A program made the position numbers and the translations under genes. A DNA stretch of 64,000 nucleotides. It comes from an uncultured candidate division Zixibacteria bacterium (GTDB taxonomy: Bacteria > Zixibacteria > MSB-5A5 > GN15 > PGXB01). The notes beneath the pieces were generated by a model. That model was not told the origin of the DNA and did no database searches. It saw nothing but the letters and a program-made list of their open reading frames with translations. This document shows positions 1-10,145 of the stretch, piece after piece. The first letter of the stretch is position 1; each line of letters starts with the position of its first letter. Location: the NCBI GenBank assembly GCA_963702205.1, contig OY969724.1:2848001-2912000 (forward strand), read 5' to 3'.

Positions 1-365
1 CCGGTTTCTTCGATTCGATCATGGTCGGCGCGGCGCCTTCGAGTGCGAACCGGGCGCCGCTGGCGGTGACGTAAGCCGCCTTGTCCATGACGTACTTGGT
101 ACGATACATCCGAATATGAAAAGATAACTTCGTCGATTCTATGCTTTTGTATCAGTTTCAGCAGGTCGGCTTCGGCTTCGATCGGAATTCCTTTGGGGTA
201 CAATTTCCCGGCCAGCTTGGCGGGGTATTTCCGCCCATCGATTTGCGGAATCTGTGTCGCCGTAAAGGCCACGACTTCGACGTCCTGATTGTCGCGATAG
301 AGAGTATTGAAATTGTGGAAGTCTCTTCCGGCGGCACCCATGATGATGATTTTCTTTTTAGCCAT
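1..365 (-). CDS. Cyclic 2,3-diphosphoglycerate synthetase-like GTPase (COG2403-type), 5' part only, with an apparent 1-bp insertion near 96-99
   Basis: Manual translation from ATG at 365 gives MAKKKIIIMGAAGRDFHNFNTLYRDN..VVAFTATQIPQIDGRKYP, the family's N-terminus. Removing one base near 97 restores YVMDKAAYVTASGARF..TMIESKKP. Runs off the window edge and is absent from the ORF track. Confidence 0.8.
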   Translation of the reverse strand, partial: MAKKKIIIMGAAGRDFHNFNTLYRDNQDVEVVAFTATQIPQIDGRKYPAKLAGKLYPKGIPIEAEADLLKLIQKHRIDEVIFSYSDVSYQVRHGQGGLRHRQRRPVRTRRRRADHDRIEET

Positions 366-399
366 TTATTCTTCTCCGTTACCGTTAAGTAGTTTCTGT

Positions 400-1896
400 T
401 TAGTTGTTGTCGATCTGCGCCCTTTGGATAGTCCCGGAAAAGTCGATGTAAATCGATTTCCATTCCGAAAAGACGTCGAGCCCGGCGATACCGGCTTCGC
501 GGTGACCGTTACCGGTGTCCTTGACCCCTCCGAACGGCAGATGCACTTCGGCGCCGATAGTCGGAGCATTGACGTAAAAGATTCCGGTGTAAACGTCCCG
601 CATGGCCGTGAAAGCCCGATTGACGTCCTGTGTATATATCGAAGCCGAGAGGCCGTAGGCCGTATCGTTGCAAAGATCGATGCCTTCTTCAAGAGAGGTG
701 CATTCCGTGATGCTCGTCACCGAGCCGAATATTTCTTCGCGGAAAATGCGCATGTCACGGGTCACGCCGCCAAATATGGTCGGCATGGTGAACCAACCTT
801 TGTCGTACGCACCACCGGTCAGGCGTTCGCCGCCGCACAGCAGTTTGGCCTTATCCTGGTTCCTGCCGATTTCCATGTATTGCAGCACCGAATTCATCTG
901 GCCTTCGTTGATGGCCGGCCCCATATCGACCGATTCATCGAGACCGTCGCCGACCTTGAGCGCTTTCGCCCGGGCCACGAATTTCTCGGTGAATTCCTTG
1001 ATGACGTCTTTGTGTACTATCATCCGCGACGACGCCGTGCACCGCTGACCGGTCGTGCCGAAAGCACCCCAGATGGCCCCATCGACGGCCAGGTCGATTT
1101 TGGCATCGTCCATGATCAGGATGCAGTTCTTGCCGCCCATTTCGAGATGGCAGTGTTTAAAATCGGTCGCACAGGCTTCGCTGATGCGTCGGCCCACTTC
1201 GGTCGAACCGGTGAATGAAATACAGCTCACGTCCTTGTGCCTCATCAACGGTTCGCCGACGGCACCGCCCGAACCGGTCACGATATTGACCACGCCCGCG
1301 GGCAGACCTTCTTCTTCGAATATCTTGATATAGTTGTACACCGACAGCGGCGTATCGGTCGCGGGCTTGATGACGATCGTATTACCCAGCACCAGCGCCG
1401 GCATCATCTTCCACGACGGTATCGCCATCGGGAAATTCCAGGGCGTGATCAATCCGCACACACCCAGAGGCTGCCGGACGCACATGTTGAATTTATTGGT
1501 CAACTCCGACGGCGTCGTGTAACCGAGCTGACGGCGGCCTTCACCGGCCATGTAGTACCCCAGGTCGATTGCTTCCTGCACGTCGCCGCGCGTTTCCTTG
1601 ATGACTTTGCCCATCTCACGGGTCATGTCTCGCGAGCAACGTTCCTTTTCTTTGACCAGTCGGTCGGTGATGCGCATGATCATTTCGGCTCTCTTAGGTG
1701 CAGGAACGAGACGCCACTTTTTGTACGCCTGCCTGGCGGCAGCGACGGCATCATTGACGTCGTCTTTGTTCGATTTCTGGAAGATGCCAATCACTTCATC
1801 TTTATTGGCGGGGTTGCGGTTTTCGAATGTCTGTCCGGACTTGCTTTTCACCCATTCCCCGTTAATGAAATTTTTGTATTCAGTCACGTTCGACAT
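400..1896 (-). CDS. NAD(P)-dependent aldehyde dehydrogenase
   Basis: [22 protein letters not shown], catalytic GQRCTA, EEIFG and PFGGVK motifs. Confidence 0.97.
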   Translation of the reverse strand: MSNVTEYKNFINGEWVKSKSGQTFENRNPANKDEVIGIFQKSNKDDVNDAVAAARQAYKKWRLVPAPKRAEMIMRITDRLVKEKERCSRDMTREMGKVIKETRGDVQEAIDLGYYMAGEGRRQLGYTTPSELTNKFNMCVRQPLGVCGLITPWNFPMAIPSWKMMPALVLGNTIVIKPATDTPLSVYNYIKIFEEEGLPAGVVNIVTGSGGAVGEPLMRHKDVSCISFTGSTEVGRRISEACATDFKHCHLEMGGKNCILIMDDAKIDLAVDGAIWGAFGTTGQRCTASSRMIVHKDVIKEFTEKFVARAKALKVGDGLDESVDMGPAINEGQMNSVLQYMEIGRNQDKAKLLCGGERLTGGAYDKGWFTMPTIFGGVTRDMRIFREEIFGSVTSITECTSLEEGIDLCNDTAYGLSASIYTQDVNRAFTAMRDVYTGIFYVNAPTIGAEVHLPFGGVKDTGNGHREAGIAGLDVFSEWKSIYIDFSGTIQRAQIDNN

Positions 1897-2058
1897 ATGA
1901 TCTCCGAAAATTTATTTTTTTTAAGATATTTCCTTCTTTTTTCCACCTTTTATTGTGAAATTATTCACAGTATGGGGCCAACAAGATTCCTAATATATCC
2001 ATTAAAAAATAATTGTCAATTCATTTTGGCTAAATGACTTGGTCCCCGGCAAGCACAG

Positions 2059-2092
2059 AAAAACCGGCCCTCGATTGCGGGGGCCGGTTTTT
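2059..2092. terminator. Intrinsic terminator after frr (bidirectional form)
   Basis: AAAAACCGGCCC-loop-GGGCCGGTTTTT. Confidence 0.8.
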
Positions 2093-2115
2093 GGAAAATT
2101 ATATATTGCGGAGGA

Positions 2116-2673
2116 TCAGACTTCCATGATTTCGGCCTCTTTGGTCTCCATCATTTGATCGATTTTAGTCACGAATTTGTCGGTCAGTTCCTGGACCTTT
2201 TCTTCGGCCCGTTTGCGTTCATCCTCCGAAATATCTTTGTCTTTTTCGGACTTTTTGAGCATTTCATTGGCGTCGCGGCGGATATTGCGGATCGCCACTT
2301 TGCCCTCTTCGGAGCCTTTTTTACACTGTTTGACCAGTTCCCGGCGGCGCTCTTCGTTGAGAGGCGGGATCGGCAGCCGGATAATATTGCCGTCGACCTG
2401 CGGATTCAATCCCAGGTCGGCCACTTGAATGGCCCGCGCCACTTCGCCGACCGCCGTCTTGTCCCAGCACTGCACTACCATAAGGCGCGCTTCGGGGACA
2501 GACACGGACGCTAACTGATTGAGCGGCATAAAAGTGCCGTGATAATCCACGCGGACACCGTCCAGCAGCGACGGCGTCGCTTTGCCTGAACGAATTGAAC
2601 CAAAGCCTTTTTTAATCGTGTCCAGGCTTTTATTCATTCTGTCTTCGGTATCGGCAAGAATTTCATTTGTCAT
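2116..2673 (-). CDS. frr: Ribosome recycling factor
   Basis: IRSGKATPSLLD, LGLNP, PPLNEERR, RNIRRDAN; follows pyrH. Confidence 0.98.
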   Translation of the reverse strand: MTNEILADTEDRMNKSLDTIKKGFGSIRSGKATPSLLDGVRVDYHGTFMPLNQLASVSVPEARLMVVQCWDKTAVGEVARAIQVADLGLNPQVDGNIIRLPIPPLNEERRRELVKQCKKGSEEGKVAIRNIRRDANEMLKKSEKDKDISEDERKRAEEKVQELTDKFVTKIDQMMETKEAEIMEV

Positions 2674-2708
2674 CGGATAACTCCTTTGACCTTAAGAATT
2701 TTTAGAAT

Positions 2709-3431
2709 CTACGATATTATTGTGCCGACCTGTTCGCCCATGACAATCTTTTTCAGATTCCCTGATTTTCTCATGTTAAACACTATGATCGGCAATTTAT
2801 TATCTTTACACATCGTTATGGCTGTAAGATCCATAAATCCGAGTTCCTTTTGCACTACTTCCATATAGCACAGTTTTTCGTAAAACGTAGCTTTGTTGTT
2901 TTTATTGGGGTCCTCCGAAAAAACACCCTCGACCTTGGTCCCTTTTATAAGAATATCGGCGCCGATTTCACTGGCCCTCAAAGCCGCCGCTGAATCGGTC
3001 GTAAAATACGGATTGCCCGTCCCGGCGGCGAAAACCACAATGCGGCCCTTTTCGAGGTGGCGTATGGCCCGGCGGCGAATATACGGCTCCGCAAACGATT
3101 CAATATTGATCGCCGACATTACGCGGCAGAAGGCTCCCAGACCTTCAAGACAGTCCATGATGGCCAAAGCGTTGATTATCGTGGCCATCATACCCATATT
3201 GTCGGCCACGACCCGATCCATGCCCTGCTCGGCGGCTTCGAGGCCCCGGAAAATATTCCCGCCACCCACAACAATGCCGACCTGAAGGCCGGCATCACTG
3301 ACTTCTTTAATCTGGCTGCAAATGGAATTGATGGTACCGGTATCGATACCGAACGATTTGGAACCCATCAACGCTTCACCGGAAAGCTTGAGCAAAATCC
3401 GGCGGTATTTTAATTGTGGGTCACCGTCCAT
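2709..3431 (-). CDS. pyrH: UMP kinase
   Basis: [32 protein letters not shown]. Confidence 0.98.
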   Translation of the reverse strand: MDGDPQLKYRRILLKLSGEALMGSKSFGIDTGTINSICSQIKEVSDAGLQVGIVVGGGNIFRGLEAAEQGMDRVVADNMGMMATIINALAIMDCLEGLGAFCRVMSAINIESFAEPYIRRRAIRHLEKGRIVVFAAGTGNPYFTTDSAAALRASEIGADILIKGTKVEGVFSEDPNKNNKATFYEKLCYMEVVQKELGFMDLTAITMCKDNKLPIIVFNMRKSGNLKKIVMGEQVGTIIS

Positions 3432-4027
3432 TATTCTTCACCCAGTCTGAACCTGGCGAAACGCCTGACAATTATATTCTCACCGAGTTTGGATATGATT
3501 TCTTTGACGTATTCATCCATCGTCTTGTCGGCATCCTTTACGAACGCTTGTTCCAGAAGACAGGTTTCGGCGAAATACTTTTCGAGACGCCCTTCGACGA
3601 TTTTATCGAGTATTTTTTCCGGCTTGCCGTCGTTGATCGCCTGATTGCGGAAAATCTCCTTTTCCTTTTTGATTGTCGCCGAATCTATTTGATCGCGGCT
3701 GATCGCGACCGGATTAGCCGCCGCCACCTGCATCGCCAGGTCTTTGGCGAAATTCTGAAAATCGTCGGTGCGGGCGACAAAATCCGTCTCGCAGTCTATC
3801 TCGATCAAAACACCTAGCTTGGAGCCGGGGTGAATGTATGACGTAATGATGCCTTCTTTGGCTTCGCGCCCGGCTTTCGATGAAGCTTTGGCGATACCCT
3901 TCTCTCTTAAATATGTGACGGCCTTCTCAAAATCACCATCGGATTCGGTCAGGGCCTTTTTACAGTCCATCATCCCGGCGTTGGTTTTTTCGCGAAGCTC
4001 TTTTACCATTTTGGCGGTTATTTCCAT
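3431..4027 (-). CDS. tsf: Elongation factor Ts (short ~200-aa type)
   Basis: [27 protein letters not shown]-terminal RRFARF. Confidence 0.98.
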   Translation of the reverse strand: MEITAKMVKELREKTNAGMMDCKKALTESDGDFEKAVTYLREKGIAKASSKAGREAKEGIITSYIHPGSKLGVLIEIDCETDFVARTDDFQNFAKDLAMQVAAANPVAISRDQIDSATIKKEKEIFRNQAINDGKPEKILDKIVEGRLEKYFAETCLLEQAFVKDADKTMDEYVKEIISKLGENIIVRRFARFRLGEE

Positions 4028-4053
4028 CGGTCTTATTCCTTACTATGCTGACT

Positions 4054-4833
4054 TTATGCTTTAGTTTTATCGTCCCCACTCTGATCGGTATACACCTGAA
4101 AACGATCCGACGTATCATTCTCATTTTCAGGCGCAAGCTCTCCCGCCGAAATCTGGTTTTTCGTTTCAATCGCCGAATCGACCAGAGTCCGGGCGATAAT
4201 GCGAATCGACTTGATAGCGTCATCATTGGCCGCAATCGGGAAATCAATCGGGTCGGGGTCGGCGTTGGTATCGACAATCGCTATAATCGGAATGCCCAGT
4301 TTGGAGGCTTCGGCCACCGCGATCTTTTCTTTCTTGGCGTCGACTACAAAAACCAGGCCCGGCAGATAGTTCATCTCTTTAATACCACCGAGGACGTTGG
4401 TCAGTTTTTCGATCTGGTTGTCGAACTGGGAGCGCTCTTTTTTCGTAAACTTTTCAAGGTCGCCCTCTTCGCGCATGCGCTCCATGTCTTTGAGTTTCTT
4501 GATCGAATTCTTGATAGTTGAGAAGTTGGTCAGCATGCCGCCGAGCCACCGCTCCGTGACAAAAAACTGACCGGCACGAAGCGCTTCTTCCTGAATGACA
4601 CCCTTGGCCTGTTTCTTGGTGCCGACAAACAAAATCGACTGTCCGCGAGAAACGATTTCGCGAACCTTCTGGCTGGCGACATTTATCGCGTCGAGGGTTT
4701 TGTTAAGATCGATAATGTAAATGCCATTGCGTTCGGTGAAGATGAACGGCTTCATTTTGGGATTCCAGCGCCGGGTCTGATGACCGAAATGAACGCCGGC
4801 CTGCAATAATTCCTGAATTTTGGGTGAGACCAT
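4054..4833 (-). CDS. rpsB: 30S ribosomal protein S2
   Basis: AGVHFGHQTRRWNPKM, RWLGGMLTN, DTNADP, ANDDAIKS. Confidence 0.99.
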   Translation of the reverse strand: MVSPKIQELLQAGVHFGHQTRRWNPKMKPFIFTERNGIYIIDLNKTLDAINVASQKVREIVSRGQSILFVGTKKQAKGVIQEEALRAGQFFVTERWLGGMLTNFSTIKNSIKKLKDMERMREEGDLEKFTKKERSQFDNQIEKLTNVLGGIKEMNYLPGLVFVVDAKKEKIAVAEASKLGIPIIAIVDTNADPDPIDFPIAANDDAIKSIRIIARTLVDSAIETKNQISAGELAPENENDTSDRFQVYTDQSGDDKTKA

Positions 4834-4925
4834 AAAAGGACCTTTCTTTGGTTTTTAATCTTCCTTTTCGCCCTTGAGCCCGGAACCCGTCGATGGGGAC
4901 CACCGGGCTTGCGGCAAAAAGTGTT
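4834..4925 (-). promoter_or_regulatory. Probable rpsB leader (t44/S2 autoregulatory-like structured 5' UTR)
   Basis: Minus strand reads ACAC..GCCCGG-TGGTCCCC..GGGTT-CCGGGC..GGAAGATTAAAAACC, a GC-rich nested hairpin just upstream of rpsB. Assigned by position and shape only. Confidence 0.5.
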
Positions 4926-4953
4926 TATTTCCGGAATAACCGGATAATTTTCT

Positions 4954-5346
4954 TTAACGTTTCGAGAACTGGAACCGTTTGCGTGCTTTAGGCTGACCGT
5001 ACTTCTTACGCTCCACGCAACGCGGATCGCGGGTCAGAAGACCCTGCTTACGCAAAGTCGGTCGCAAATCGGGGTCCAGCTTCGCCAGGGCGCGCGAAAC
5101 GCCCAGCCTGACCGCTCCGGCCTGGCCGGATAATCCCCCGCCTTTGACCTGGACGAGGATGTCAAGCTTGCCTTCGGTATCGGTCGAAATCATCGGCAAA
5201 TTGATCTGATCGACCAAAACGTCCCGTTTGAGATAATCTTTGGGAGATTTGTTATTGATCAGAAACGAACCGCCGCCAACCCGAATCGAAACACGCGCAA
5301 CTGCGTCTTTTCTGCGCCCGGTTGCTGAAAATGTGGCTTCTGTCAT
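4954..5346 (-). CDS. rpsI: 30S ribosomal protein S9
   Basis: TGRRKDAVARV, GGGLSGQAGA, ERKKYGQPKARKRFQFSKR. Confidence 0.99.
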   Translation of the reverse strand: MTEATFSATGRRKDAVARVSIRVGGGSFLINNKSPKDYLKRDVLVDQINLPMISTDTEGKLDILVQVKGGGLSGQAGAVRLGVSRALAKLDPDLRPTLRKQGLLTRDPRCVERKKYGQPKARKRFQFSKR

Positions 5347-5364
5347 TTAAAATCTATCTTATGG

Positions 5365-5800
5365 TTACTTTATTAATTTCCAAACTTCCGGCTGTTGCGC
5401 CTGGTGCGGGTGCTGGCCTTCGGCATAAACGTGCAATTTCTTGAACATCTTGCGGCCCAGCCGATTTTTGGGAAGCATCCCCTTGACGGCGTGCTCGAAT
5501 ATAAAGGCCGGGTTGGTGTTAATCATTTTTTCGTACGTTCTGATTTTAAGGCCGCCCGGATAACCGGAGTACCGAATAGTACTTCATGTAGTTGGCCTTG
5601 TTGCCGGTAACCCTCACCTTAGAAGCATTGACAGCGATGACGTTATCGCCGGTGTCCAGATGCGGCGTGAAAATGGGTTTGTTCTTGCCGCGAAGTATAT
5701 CCGCCACTTCGCAGGCCGCCCGACCGAGCACGGCGCCGTCGAGATCGACCAATAACCATTTGCGATCTTTGCTGTCAACCTTAGGTATAAATGTTTTCAT
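5365..5800 (-). CDS. rplM: 50S ribosomal protein L13, with an apparent 1-bp insertion at 5575-5576
   Basis: N-part has [17 protein letters not shown]. Removing one base restores [43 protein letters not shown], ending at TAA 5365-5367. Confidence 0.95.
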
Positions 5801-5861
5801 CTTTCCCCCGGAAAAATCCGGTTAAATTAAATATACTCGTCCCTCGTTCACAGAGCCGATA

Positions 5862-5889
5862 AATATAGTCAAATGACGAATGCTGTCAA
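5862..5889 (-). promoter_or_regulatory. Putative sigma70 promoter of the rplM operon
   Basis: TTGACA (5889-5884), 16 bp, TATATT (5867-5862). Confidence 0.5.
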
Positions 5890-5992
5890 GTCTTTTTAAC
5901 GGCCAAACTCCTTGATTATTTTAATTTGGCCCATTTTTTTCGTTTTTGACAAGTTGCGCGCAAATACGCGGTTTCCGGGATGAGGTCTCGGT

Positions 5993-6556
5993 TCAATTAT
6001 GATGGGTCTTGGATATGGCCAGCTTTAGCTTATACTTCGGGTCAAAATGCCGTCCCTTGGTGCAAATCCCGCACGAGGCCATCTGCAATCGTTTCCTTCT
6101 CGGATATTCCCGCCCGCAGACCGGGCACACATAAAGATATTTATAATTGCTCCTCAGCAGCGGGTGCGACTTCGCTTTCAGCGAGGCGCCGAGTTTAAAT
6201 GCCCACGCCTTGAAATTCCGGTCATGATTGGGATATAAAATATGAATCATCTCGTGTTTGAGCGTGTCTTCGACTTCCTCGGGGAATATTTCGTGATATT
6301 TCTTGCCTATTTTTATGATCCGGCGCGACGGCGTATACGATCCCGCGATCAGCATGCGTTCCGAATATTCGATTTTCGTCACAGGCAGACGGCCCTCGAA
6401 AAATTCGCCGTTGAATCTGTCGAACATCCGGTACAGATCCGCGACCGGCGGAAGAGTCGGAGGCGACGGCGTGATCGTCGTGATATTATCGGCCCGCCCG
6501 AAAAGGTCGTAATTAACCTTTGCCAGAGCCTTATGCTGCTTTGCAGAAGTTGACAT
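5993..6556 (-). CDS. SprT-like zinc metalloprotease with zinc ribbon
   Basis: TLKHEMIH (HExxH), downstream H in NHDRNF, CPVC..CGIC. ATG at 6556 preferred over the ORF-track start at 6577. Confidence 0.85.
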   Translation of the reverse strand: MSTSAKQHKALAKVNYDLFGRADNITTITPSPPTLPPVADLYRMFDRFNGEFFEGRLPVTKIEYSERMLIAGSYTPSRRIIKIGKKYHEIFPEEVEDTLKHEMIHILYPNHDRNFKAWAFKLGASLKAKSHPLLRSNYKYLYVCPVCGREYPRRKRLQMASCGICTKGRHFDPKYKLKLAISKTHHN

Positions 6557-6631
6557 ATCTATCTCGCGGTACTCCAATTAATCCCGATATAATACTGCCC
6601 GTCGGATTAAAAGATCAAATAATTTTTGAAA

Positions 6632-7582
6632 TTATTGGATAACCGGAAGCGGCACTGACACAAACGCGGCTGAAACCACGACCGAGTCCTGCCCTATTGT
6701 TATGCTCCGCGAACGAATTTCGGCGGGGATGTTTTCGGATGCGCGGGTTTTTAATAAGCCCGATAGAATCGGACTGGAATCGGATACGTTCCCGGTGGTG
6801 TCAAAAACGTCTTCAAAACGCATGTTTTTCAATTCAGCCGAGGTATAATCGCAAAGCTGACACAGGCGCTGATTGACATCAAGAATCTTCCCTGCCGGGC
6901 GTTTACGCTTGCCCGACGTAACAATCAACGGACAGTCGGCGTTATCGAATAAGTTTCTATAGCGAACAAACTTATCCTGAAATATCTCCTGCCTGCGGCC
7001 CTGGATGATGATTTCCTGCTGCAATCTCAGGTTAGTGTTTTCCAGTTCAGCCAGACGTCGGTTTTGATCGAGGCACATTTTTTCGTAAGTTTGTCTTACG
7101 GTATTCCGATAGTCCCACTTTCCGGTCAGGAATTGAACCAGATGGCCGATTTCAAAACCGCCGAAAGATTTTCGCAAAACCAAAAACTGGCCGGGGTACG
7201 ATGAAATGGCGGGAGCGCTTATTGACCCATCCGATGTATCGGGGATAAGGGCCACTATTTCCATATCGGGGCAATCCTGCCGGATTCTCGAGATAGCATC
7301 CGAGCTTGAAAGATCCGCCGCACCTGTCTCGCCTACAAACGCGACCGCAAATGGTTTCCCGGACATTTCTGCGTCGATCGCCATACGGACGCCGGTTAAC
7401 CCGTTATCCGTGGAGATGACTAAATATTCTTGGGGTGACGTTTCGTTCGGGTTTGACGCAGATGCATCGTGTTCGATTCGATTTGGATTTTCTTTCAGGA
7501 GATGGGAGATAGTTGCATGCACGGCGGGATCATGGTCGATTACGAGAATCTTTCTGTTGCCCGGATCCGTGGCACGAACCAT
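6632..7582 (-). CDS. Degenerate receiver-domain + coiled-coil + PAS protein
   Basis: KILVIDHD, PFAVAFV, LVLRKSF..LTGKW, then RYRNLFDNA..ILDVNQRLCQLCDYT (PAS). Confidence 0.7.
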   Translation of the reverse strand: MVRATDPGNRKILVIDHDPAVHATISHLLKENPNRIEHDASASNPNETSPQEYLVISTDNGLTGVRMAIDAEMSGKPFAVAFVGETGAADLSSSDAISRIRQDCPDMEIVALIPDTSDGSISAPAISSYPGQFLVLRKSFGGFEIGHLVQFLTGKWDYRNTVRQTYEKMCLDQNRRLAELENTNLRLQQEIIIQGRRQEIFQDKFVRYRNLFDNADCPLIVTSGKRKRPAGKILDVNQRLCQLCDYTSAELKNMRFEDVFDTTGNVSDSSPILSGLLKTRASENIPAEIRSRSITIGQDSVVVSAAFVSVPLPVIQ

Positions 7583-7679
7583 AAAGTCTCCTTAGGTTTA
7601 CCCCGGTATAAATATCGGCGATATCAGAATATACTTGATTGTCTATATTGTGCTGCTTGACAACAATCGGGCACGAAAC

Positions 7680-9065
7680 TCAGAAAAACGGTCGCCATTT
7701 TTCTTCGGCAGGTTTTTGGGTTAGCAGGCTGATAATAACCAATAGTCCCACTGAAGCAATCAAGGCCGGGTAAATTGTCGCGATTCCCCACGGTTGTCCC
7801 GAAAATTCCCAGATCAATGTAACCAGCATCCCGGCCGCAATGGACAGCGCTCCCGCAATCGGCGTGGCGCGTTTCCAGAAAAAGGCAGCCATCACCGCCG
7901 GGGTGATGCCGACGCCGTACATCGTATAGGCATAAAGCGCCATCTCCAGTACTTTTGAAAAAAATTGCAGTTGTACGAAAGCGATAATCCCCATGACGAT
8001 CACCAGCACGCGGGAATAAAAAACCACTTTGCGCGGCGGCAAATCCGGATTGAAAAATCGCTGCCAGATGTCGCGCATGATATTGGTCGCCGGGACCAGT
8101 AAAAACGAATCGGCCGTGGAAACGATCACCGCAACTATCGCCGCCAGAAGCAGACAGCCGATGACCGGCGTCAGGCCGTAGCGAACCGAATGTAATATGA
8201 CCATCTCCGAATCAATCCCGGTAAATTGCACGCACCCGATAATCGCCAGTACTACGATAAGGGTTTCAATTATAATCGTTCCGCTGATCCATCCCAGCAC
8301 CGAGCGCTTGGCCGTGGCCGGGTCTTTGGCCGAGAAAAATCGCTGATACATCCCCGCTTCTCCCAATAGCAGGAGCATGGTCGGCAACGCGTACGCGGCG
8401 GCATCGAAAATCGACATATTCCCGAGCGGACTTAATTTCTCGGGCGGCAGAGCGTTGATCACGCCCTCCCATCCCCCGGCGTTTTTCAGCAAAAACGGGA
8501 AAGCGACGAACAATCCGATTATCATGACGACGCCGTTGACGACGTCGGTATAGGCGACCGATATCATCCCGGCCAGGACGGTGTAACCGATCACGAATGC
8601 GGCCGTAATGATTACACCCTGCTCCTGTGAAATACCGGTAACCAGGTTCAGGACCATCCCGCCCGCGCGGAACTGATAGCTGACTATTGCAGTATACGCG
8701 ATAACCGTAACAATCGTCCCCAGAATCCGGGCGTACTTATTGTAGCGCGCTTCGAGTATGTCCGGGACCGTGAACTGCCCGAATTTTCTGGCGCGTCCGG
8801 CGATAAGATACAAAATGACAATAGCGATCCAGACGCCACCGTCAAACCACAGCGCCGGGAAACCTTTTTCGCACGCCAGCCCGGCCCCGGCCACGATCGA
8901 GCCGGAACCGATCCAGGTCGCCAGAAGCGTCCCGACCAGAACTTTGGCCGATAGATTCCGACCGGCCACCATGAAATCTTCCTGTGATTTGACATATTTC
9001 GAGCGGCACGCTCCAACCACGATCAAAATGACGAGATAAATCAATATGCTCCAGAGATATAGCAT
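7680..9065 (-). CDS. Sodium:solute symporter (SSS family)
   Basis: DFMVAGRNL, GMISVAYTD, YQRFFSAKD, VSTADS; multi-pass membrane protein. Confidence 0.95.
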   Translation of the reverse strand: MLYLWSILIYLVILIVVGACRSKYVKSQEDFMVAGRNLSAKVLVGTLLATWIGSGSIVAGAGLACEKGFPALWFDGGVWIAIVILYLIAGRARKFGQFTVPDILEARYNKYARILGTIVTVIAYTAIVSYQFRAGGMVLNLVTGISQEQGVIITAAFVIGYTVLAGMISVAYTDVVNGVVMIIGLFVAFPFLLKNAGGWEGVINALPPEKLSPLGNMSIFDAAAYALPTMLLLLGEAGMYQRFFSAKDPATAKRSVLGWISGTIIIETLIVVLAIIGCVQFTGIDSEMVILHSVRYGLTPVIGCLLLAAIVAVIVSTADSFLLVPATNIMRDIWQRFFNPDLPPRKVVFYSRVLVIVMGIIAFVQLQFFSKVLEMALYAYTMYGVGITPAVMAAFFWKRATPIAGALSIAAGMLVTLIWEFSGQPWGIATIYPALIASVGLLVIISLLTQKPAEEKWRPFF

Positions 9066-10145
9066 ATTAAATTATATGATTGCTTCTTTATAAATCAATA
9101 GTTAATATCATGTCAGTTGAATTATATCATGTTTTGCTCAGAATTGGGTGATAATGAAAAACAAAATAACATTTTTTAGAATTATAAAGATAATTGTTGG
9201 CATAGTTTTATCCGGTTCCTTGTTTTGGGACAAAATTTCTATATATATATCAAGTTATATAAAATCATATACATCATGGTTGATTTTGGAATCAGCTGTT
9301 TTGGTCATAGCCTTGTATTCATTGGGTTCGGCCCTTAACATATTATCAATTTTGAAGCTTTTAAAACAAGGCCCAGAAAAAGCATTTAAATTACCCAAAG
9401 TCAAACAGGCACTTCGCTTTGCGTTATTCATTATCCCATTAATAGTGGGGATTGTATATTTCAAATATAACTTTACTTGGCGGTACACGTGGAACAAGTT
9501 TGATAATAAGACCTTAGGCGTATTGATCGCAGATTTTAGAGAAGTTATTCTTGATGAATATTTGCCCCAAAAAAAGTATTCAATATACTTAAAGGAAAAT
9601 TTACCACAAATAAAGGATTCATGCAAAAAGGAAATAAATATCAAATATGAAAATACACCTGCTTTCTTTACAAGCATTGATGAGGCGGCCAAGTTTGGAG
9701 AAAAGATTAATGCTCGTTTAGTAATATGGGGAGAAGTATACAAAAGCGAAGGTTTTATCAGGATTAAGCCAAAGTTGTTCACGCCTGGGAACCTAATGAT
9801 TGGAACACCATATTTATTTATCTCAAATCTTGTTTTTAAGGCTGATTATTCGGAAACTTGGAATTTGACTGGTTCGCCACTTGATTTAGATACGATGACC
9901 AACTATGTCAATGATATTTTAACCATTCCTTCAATATTTCTTTATAAGGATTATCCTGAATATTACAAGAATTACTATGGTTTTATTGAGTGTGCATTTA
10001 AATCTGAAAACTTCGTCAATCCTGACGTTAAGTTATTCTTGGCTACGGAATTAATTACCAATTGCAATCGAAAAGATGATTATGAGGATTCCAAATATTT
10101 GGCAGAAGGCATAATGAGATTTGCTGGAAAAAGACCACATAATCG

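Noticed and set aside
3431..4027. tsf as a truncated pseudogene
   Set aside because: Short ~200-aa EF-Ts forms are known, and both termini are intact.
5570..5580. Programmed frameshifting in rplM
   Set aside because: No slippery site or obvious stimulator, and other single-base indels in the window point to sequence error.
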